Virus record (IMG/VR): IMGVR_UViG_3300035676_000032 | Location: 1 to 29,579 of that record | Strand: one strand, 5' to 3' | Length of the DNA stretch: 29,579 nt | DNA from: a virus | Taxonomy: Duplodnaviria > Caudoviricetes | Part shown: positions 24,524 through 29,579 of the stretch, piece after piece | Layout: every line of letters starts with the position of its first letter | How positions within the stretch are numbered: position 1 is the stretch's first letter | The notes under the pieces: model-generated | What the model saw: the letters and a program-made list of their open reading frames with translations, nothing else | The model's database searches: none | Told to the model about the DNA's origin: nothing | Position numbers and translations under genes: made by a program

Positions 24524-26539
24524 TCATCTCTCCGACTTGCGAATGAGCATGGAACTTGCATGAGTCTCATTGACCACCAGCCATCCATGCTCAAAAGCCT
24601 CGATGATCTCGGCTGTCAGCAGATCTGCGATTGGTTTTCCTGGCACGCTTGGCTTGAGGTATTGCTTGGCTGAGGTCTCGCTGACATCCATTTTCTGGAT
24701 CAGGTAGTCCAGCATGGCCGACCTGCTGAGGTATGGCTGCCCGTTGCGCTCCTCGGCACCAGATGCCCACCAGGCGTTCTCAAAGGTCTTGCGATGGCTA
24801 TCTATCTTGCCGTCCTTCTTTGATGATGTTGGGGCTTGCGACTGGACGATGATTGCCGAGGTCACAGGCTGGTTGTCCTCGTCATACCAGCCTGGGATGG
24901 TCACCTGCTGCAGCTCAACGAATACTGTCTGGGCCATCTCGGCATCTTTGGACTTGCGCTGCACGATCTGCATTGGCTGGTCGTCCTTGCCTGGCACGAT
25001 GCTGATCTCGATGTCCAAAGCGCCGCGCCAGGCGCTTGATCCCCGGGCCCGGTGCTGGGCCTCTTCGGCAACGCCAGTGTGGTGGACCAGGATCACGCTG
25101 CAGTTGAACTCGTTCATCAAGCTGTTGCAGGCGTCCAGCATGGTCTTGGCGTCCTGAGCGCTGTTCTCGTCGCCGGCCAGGAACCTGTGCAGGGTATCAA
25201 CCACAATGACGGCTGGGTTTTCTGGCAACGCTCTGACCTGTTCGACCACTTTGATGTAACCGGTTGCGGTGTTGAGATCGCAGCCATCCTTTGACAACCA
25301 CATGGCCAGGTGACCGGCCTGGTGGAAGTGCTTCCAGGCTGCAACGCGCCCACGCAGGCCGTGGTGTCCTTCTCCTGCCAGGTAGACCACATTGCCTGGC
25401 CGAACCTTCTGGCCTGCCCAGTCTTCGATGCCGCTTGCCATGCGCAGGCACCAGTCCAGCACGACAAATGTCTTGCCGCCGCCCGATGGGCCGTGAACCA
25501 TGATGAGTGCCTGGGACTGCAGCCAACGCTTGACAAGCCAGGAGATTGGTGCTGGCTGGGCTGAGAAGTCATCTGCTGGGATGAGCCAGTCGTCCTTTGG
25601 TGGGAGCAGCAGGCTGGCCAAGTCGTGGCCTGCTTGGGCATAATCGTTGGCGTCTCCCTCTATTGGCGGCATTACCATCCTCGCTCCAAATTTGGCCGAG
25701 GCCTGCTCTGCATATCTCTGGCCGACGCCAGACTTGTCGTGATCTGCCACGATCACAATGTCCTGGGTTGCGCCATACATCTCGCGCATGATGCCAGTGA
25801 CCGGCACGAGATTGCTGGCGCTGTACGCCACCACCACCGGCCTGTTGGTGGTCTCATGGATGGTGGCTGCCGTTGCAAAACCCTCAGCCACAAACAGTGC
25901 GCCAGGCTCATCCAGTGAGCCTACCATCCAGAACTTTCCTCCAGTTTGGCCGCCTGGGTGGTACAACTTGCCGCCATCGTGGTCAATATATTGCAGCGTG
26001 GCCAGCGTGCCGTCTTGGTCGTAGAGTGGAAGCACCAGCCTGCCGTCTCCTGTAATTCGTGCGCCATGCACGCCAATGCCTTTGCGCTGCAGGTATGGAT
26101 GCTCTGGGCTGGCTCCTTGGGCACCTGTCCAGATTTTCTCGACTGTCTCGCTGGCCACTTGGTGCTTGCGCTCCAGCTCAGCGTCGCGCAGCGCCTTGGC
26201 CTCTGCCATGCGTCTGGCGTGGGCCATTTCCTCCGTCTGCGTGAGCTTGCGTCCTACATCAGCTCGCCAGGTCACCTCCATGCCAGAACGCCAGCAGCCA
26301 AAGCGCCCTGCTGGAATGCCATCACCGAAGACCAGATACCAGCCTGGCTTGTCGCCGTGACCTGGTGCGCCTTTGGTGCCTGATCGAAACCTGTGAATCT
26401 TGCCATCCATCAGGATTTCGCTCGGTGGCTCCAGGCCGGCCGACTTGATGGCATCGATCAGTTGCTCTTCTGGTGGTGCGACCAGCTTTTCTGGTGGTGG
26501 TGCCCAAGGGCCGCCCAGGACTTTGGAGAGATCAGCCAT
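24524..26539 (-). CDS. primase-helicase (Toprim + AAA_25/RecA-type helicase)
   Basis: HPYL.RKGI, VAEGFATA, IVADHD (Toprim); GPSGGGKT, IVVDT, LVHH.G, RGSSA. Confidence 0.92.
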   Translation of the reverse strand: MADLSKVLGGPWAPPPEKLVAPPEEQLIDAIKSAGLEPPSEILMDGKIHRFRSGTKGAPGHGDKPGWYLVFGDGIPAGRFGCWRSGMEVTWRADVGRKLTQTEEMAHARRMAEAKALRDAELERKHQVASETVEKIWTGAQGASPEHPYLQRKGIGVHGARITGDGRLVLPLYDQDGTLATLQYIDHDGGKLYHPGGQTGGKFWMVGSLDEPGALFVAEGFATAATIHETTNRPVVVAYSASNLVPVTGIMREMYGATQDIVIVADHDKSGVGQRYAEQASAKFGARMVMPPIEGDANDYAQAGHDLASLLLPPKDDWLIPADDFSAQPAPISWLVKRWLQSQALIMVHGPSGGGKTFVVLDWCLRMASGIEDWAGQKVRPGNVVYLAGEGHHGLRGRVAAWKHFHQAGHLAMWLSKDGCDLNTATGYIKVVEQVRALPENPAVIVVDTLHRFLAGDENSAQDAKTMLDACNSLMNEFNCSVILVHHTGVAEEAQHRARGSSAWRGALDIEISIVPGKDDQPMQIVQRKSKDAEMAQTVFVELQQVTIPGWYDEDNQPVTSAIIVQSQAPTSSKKDGKIDSHRKTFENAWWASGAEERNGQPYLSRSAMLDYLIQKMDVSETSAKQYLKPSVPGKPIADLLTAEIIEAFEHGWLVVNETHASSMLIRKSER

Positions 26540-26717
26540 GCAGTGCCGCCTCCTGCCGTGTCAGGTAGTCAGACAGCGCCTTGACCGTCTCGTACAGGGG
26601 CTTGGAATCCTCCTGCATGAACCTGTAGACCGTGGCCGGGTGGACCCCAGCATTCTCGGCCACTCGCTTGAGGTTGGCATCCTCAAGCCGTTTCTTGATC
26701 TGCTCAACAGTCATCAT
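26532..26717 (-). CDS. Cro/XRE-like HTH regulator
   Basis: GAGGTG RBS; LKRVAENAGVHPATVYRF...P.YETV..LSDYL. Confidence 0.85.
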   Translation of the reverse strand: MMTVEQIKKRLEDANLKRVAENAGVHPATVYRFMQEDSKPLYETVKALSDYLTRQEAALHG

Positions 26718-26752
26718 TTGTTGCACCTCTAAAAATATTTTTGCGGGGGTGC

Positions 26753-26786
26753 TTGCACTATACCCGATTTTCGGTTTATGATGCAA
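26753..26786. promoter_or_regulatory. overlapping divergent sigma70-like promoters with central palindrome
   Basis: + TTGCAC(26753)-18-TATGAT(26777); - TTGCAT(26786)-18-TATAGT(26762); CCGA-TTT-TCGG at 26764-26774. Confidence 0.65.
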
Positions 26787-26840
26787 CCACTGCGCGAACG
26801 GAATAACCCAAAGGCGCAGCAACCAAGAAGGAGAGCCAAC

Positions 26841-27518
26841 ATGGCAATCAACGTGAAGACCACCGGCAGCCTGTCTGCCAACGGTGTAAAAGTCCTGGCC
26901 TATGGCCAGGCAGGGGCTGGAAAGACCAGCCTCATCAAGACGCTGCCCAGCCCCATTGTGCTGTCGGCAGAGGGTGGCCTGCTGTCCATCCAGGACGCCG
27001 ACCTGCCGTTCATTGAGATCACCTCAATGACCGAGCTGCAGGAGGCTTACACCTGGCTGACCAGCAGCGACGAGGCCAAGGCCTACAAATCGGTGGCACT
27101 GGACAGCATCAGCGAGATCGCTGAGGTCTGCTTAAACACCGAGAAGAAGGTCACCAAAGACCCGAGGCAAGCCTACGGTGCGATGCAGGAGCAGATGGCC
27201 GACATCATTCGTGCCTTCCGCGATCTGCCTGGCCGCCATGTCTACATGAGCGCCAAGCTGGAGAAGACCCAGGACGAGATGGGACGGGTTCTGTACTCGC
27301 CCTCGATGCCAGGCAACAAGACCGGCCAGGCGCTGCCTTACTTCTTCGACGAGGTGCTGGCGCTGCGTGTCGAGAAGGATGGCGATGGGAATACTCAGCG
27401 TGCGCTGATGTGCGACAGCGATGGCCTTTGGCTGGCTAAGGATCGCAGCGGCAAGCTGGATGCCTGGGAGGCACCGGACCTGAGCGCAGTCATTGCCAAG
27501 ATTGGGGGCAAAGCATGA
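26841..27518 (+). CDS. AAA_24 / Sak4-like ATPase (single-strand annealing)
   Basis: AAGGAG RBS, ATG 26841; YGQAGAGKT, AEGG, ALDSISE, AKDRSG.L. Confidence 0.85.
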   Translation: MAINVKTTGSLSANGVKVLAYGQAGAGKTSLIKTLPSPIVLSAEGGLLSIQDADLPFIEITSMTELQEAYTWLTSSDEAKAYKSVALDSISEIAEVCLNTEKKVTKDPRQAYGAMQEQMADIIRAFRDLPGRHVYMSAKLEKTQDEMGRVLYSPSMPGNKTGQALPYFFDEVLALRVEKDGDGNTQRALMCDSDGLWLAKDRSGKLDAWEAPDLSAVIAKIGGKA

Positions 27519-27907
27519 TGCACGCTGACCTGAAAACACTCAGCGCAGACTGGTTGCGCTACAAGAGCGAAGAGGGCAATGCCACGACTGAGCGCCGCAA
27601 GATCGAGGACAAGATCGTCAAGTTGCTGGCCTTGGCTGAGAACTTCGAGGGCACTGAGACTGCTGAGCCAGAAGGCTTTGTGGTCAAGATCGCTGGCCGC
27701 ATTGACCGCAAGGTTGACAGCGACAAGCTGCAAGAGCTGGCCGCCGAGCATGGCCTGACCGAGCATCTGGCACGTCTGTTTCGTTGGACGCCAGAGATCA
27801 ACATGGCGCTCTGGAAGGCTGCAGATGAGACCATCACTCGCCCACTGGCAGACGCAATCACGGCCAAGGCTGGCCGCCCATCTTTCAAAATCACCATCAA
27901 GGAGTAA
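27515..27907 (+). CDS. hypothetical phage protein
   Basis: ATGA-coupled; FRWTPE, ITAKAGRPSFKI. Confidence 0.75.
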   Translation: MMHADLKTLSADWLRYKSEEGNATTERRKIEDKIVKLLALAENFEGTETAEPEGFVVKIAGRIDRKVDSDKLQELAAEHGLTEHLARLFRWTPEINMALWKAADETITRPLADAITAKAGRPSFKITIKE

Positions 27908-27910
27908 ATC

Positions 27911-28432
27911 ATGGCTTTTCTTGGACAAACCTTTGACGCAAACGATCTGCCGCAAGGCAATGGTGGAAGCTATGCGCCGCTGCCAGAGGGCAACTACAAC
28001 GCGAACATCACGCAGGCCGAGCTGAAGGACACCAACGATGGCACCGGCCAATACATCAAGATTCGCCTGGACATCACAGGCCCAAGCCACCAGGGCCGAG
28101 TTGTGTTCTCGAACTTGAACATCAAGAATGCCAACGCGAAGGCCGAGGAAATTGGCCGCCAGCAACTGGGGGACATCATGCGAGCGATTGGCTTGTCGAA
28201 AGTGACTGACACCGACCAGTTGATCGGCAGCAGCGTCAACATCAAGCTGGCAATTCGTGCCGCACGCACGGATGAGAAGACCGGCAAGACCTACGAGGCC
28301 AGCAACGATGTCAAGGGTTATCGTGCAATCAATGGTGGGACAGCTCCAGCATTTAAGCCAGCCGCACCTGCAGCAGCACCTGCTGCCCAGGCAGCACCGG
28401 CAAAGGCAGCACCGCCCTGGCTGAAGAAGTAA
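27911..28432 (+). CDS. DUF669-like ssDNA-binding protein
   Basis: AAGGAG RBS; PLPEG.Y.A.I..AE.K, GRVVF.NLN, NDVKGY, Ala/Pro tail ending PPW. Confidence 0.82.
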   Translation: MAFLGQTFDANDLPQGNGGSYAPLPEGNYNANITQAELKDTNDGTGQYIKIRLDITGPSHQGRVVFSNLNIKNANAKAEEIGRQQLGDIMRAIGLSKVTDTDQLIGSSVNIKLAIRAARTDEKTGKTYEASNDVKGYRAINGGTAPAFKPAAPAAAPAAQAAPAKAAPPWLKK

Positions 28433-28437
28433 GCAAG

Positions 28438-28470
28438 AAAAAGCCCCAGGAACCGTGAGGAACCTGGGGC
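28438..28470 (-). terminator. hairpin with U tract in minus orientation
   Basis: GCCCCAGG/CCTGGGGC stem preceded by AAAAA on the plus strand. Confidence 0.45.
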
Positions 28471-28502
28471 AATGTGGCAACTACAGGAAGGAGACGGGAA
28501 CC

Positions 28503-29531
28503 ATGAAGATACCCGAAGCAAATCATAGCATCCAGGGGTTGATTGACAAAATACATGAGGCCAAGGCCGAGGTGCCCAGGCCGCACATGGGTTGCAGCCA
28601 GCTCGGCCATGTATGTGACAGATGGCTGTGGCTGAGCTTTCGCTGGGCTGTGCAGCCCAAGTTTCCTGGCCGAGTTCTGCGCCTGTTCCGCAGGGGCCAG
28701 ATGGAAGAGGAAACCATTGTCAGTGATCTGCGAGCCATCGGCATGGATGTACGCAGCACAGGCAGCGCACAGAGCCGTGTAGACCTTGGATGTCATGTGT
28801 CCGGCAGCATCGACGCCATCATTGAGTCTGGCGTGCCTGAAGCGCCGAAGAAGCGCCATGTGGCCGAGTTCAAGACGCATAGCAAGAAGTCATTTGATGA
28901 CCTGGTGAAAGAAGGCGTCGAGAAGTCAAAGCCCGAGCACTTTGTGCAGATGCAGCTCTACATGCACGGCACCAAGATCGACCGTGCCTTTTATCTGGCA
29001 GTCTGCAAGGACGATGATCGCATCCACACCGAGCGTGTGCGCTACGACAAGGAGGTGGCCGAGAAGTACATCCAGCGAGGCCACAGACTTGCCACAGAGG
29101 ATCGGATGCCGCCGCCCATCAGCACAGACCCGAGCTGGTATCAGTGCAAGTTCTGCGATGCGCACGAGTTCTGCCACGAGACCAAGACCACCAAGCATGT
29201 GAACTGCCGCACCTGCGCGCACAGCACGGCCACCAAGGCCAGTGAGTGGCACTGTGCCAAGTGGGATGCTGTGATCCCGGTGGATGCCCAGCGCACTGGC
29301 TGTGAAGGCCATGTCCTACATCCTGATCTGGTGGCCTGGCAGCGCAAGGACGGGCCAGACGAGTGGACGGCTGTTTATGAGATCAATGGCACGAATGTGG
29401 CCAACGGAGACCCTGAACAAGAAGGCGTGTTCAGCTCCAAGGAGCTGCTCGCAAACGCTGCTGCCTGCGCCAGCGGTGATGAGTTTATTGCCGAGATGCG
29501 CAAGGATTTTGGTGGAAGGATTGTGGGATGA
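28503..29531 (+). CDS. Cas4-like PD-(D/E)XK exonuclease
   Basis: S.LG..CDR, GSIDA, AEFKT, Q.Q.YM, CKFC...FC (4Fe-4S-type) plus a second CRTC..C..C cluster; start 28503 after AGGAG. Confidence 0.85.
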   Translation: MKIPEANHSIQGLIDKIHEAKAEVPRPHMGCSQLGHVCDRWLWLSFRWAVQPKFPGRVLRLFRRGQMEEETIVSDLRAIGMDVRSTGSAQSRVDLGCHVSGSIDAIIESGVPEAPKKRHVAEFKTHSKKSFDDLVKEGVEKSKPEHFVQMQLYMHGTKIDRAFYLAVCKDDDRIHTERVRYDKEVAEKYIQRGHRLATEDRMPPPISTDPSWYQCKFCDAHEFCHETKTTKHVNCRTCAHSTATKASEWHCAKWDAVIPVDAQRTGCEGHVLHPDLVAWQRKDGPDEWTAVYEINGTNVANGDPEQEGVFSSKELLANAAACASGDEFIAEMRKDFGGRIVG

Positions 29532-29579
29532 CTATCGAAGCAATGAAGCAGGCGCTAGAGGCGTTGGAGTCTTGTACGC
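29528..29579 (+). CDS. partial hypothetical protein (runs off window)
   Basis: ATGA-coupled; MTIEAMKQALEALESCT. Confidence 0.6.
   Translation, partial: MTIEAMKQALEALESCT

Noticed and set aside
26800-26835. Glycine-riboswitch-like words (AAGGCGCA, GGAGAG)
   Set aside because: Wrong order and too short; GGAGAG is the RBS
865-28503. N-terminal extensions in the ORF track (1455, 13659, 14666, 22878, 26778, 26822, 28455)
   Set aside because: They overlap neighbouring genes or promoters; downstream starts have better RBS or coupling
28503-29531. CRISPR-Cas locus suggested by the Cas4-like gene
   Set aside because: No repeat-spacer array or other cas genes in the window
1-29579. tRNA genes, attP/integrase, stop-codon recoding
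   Set aside because: No cloverleaf or integrase seen; core genes are intact under the standard code

Overview
This is a large fragment of a tailed dsDNA phage with a P22-like (podovirus) virion module; no host genes, tRNA, rRNA, CRISPR array or integrase are visible. One long minus-strand arm runs from a single Cro-like HTH gene through a Toprim/AAA_25 primase-helicase, a likely replication origin (3 perfect DnaA boxes, iterons and a C7/G7 palindrome), ParB-DNA methyltransferase, terminase, portal, scaffold, coat, gp4/gp10/needle, three ejection proteins and a split tailspike system, ending in a holin/GH108 lysis cassette. A divergent plus-strand arm encodes a Sak4-like ATPase, a DUF669 SSB-like protein and a Cas4-like nuclease; small plus-strand accessory genes lie at the left end. 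A Gram-negative, probably betaproteobacterial, host is inferred from gene content but not shown. Most interesting: a DDxxD (isoprenoid-synthase-like) protein and a HiPIP-like Cys protein next to the ejection genes, several candidate structured RNA leaders, a homing endonuclease that appears to have taken over its host gene's 3' end, and the DnaA-box origin. All family calls come from motif recognition by eye; no searches were run.
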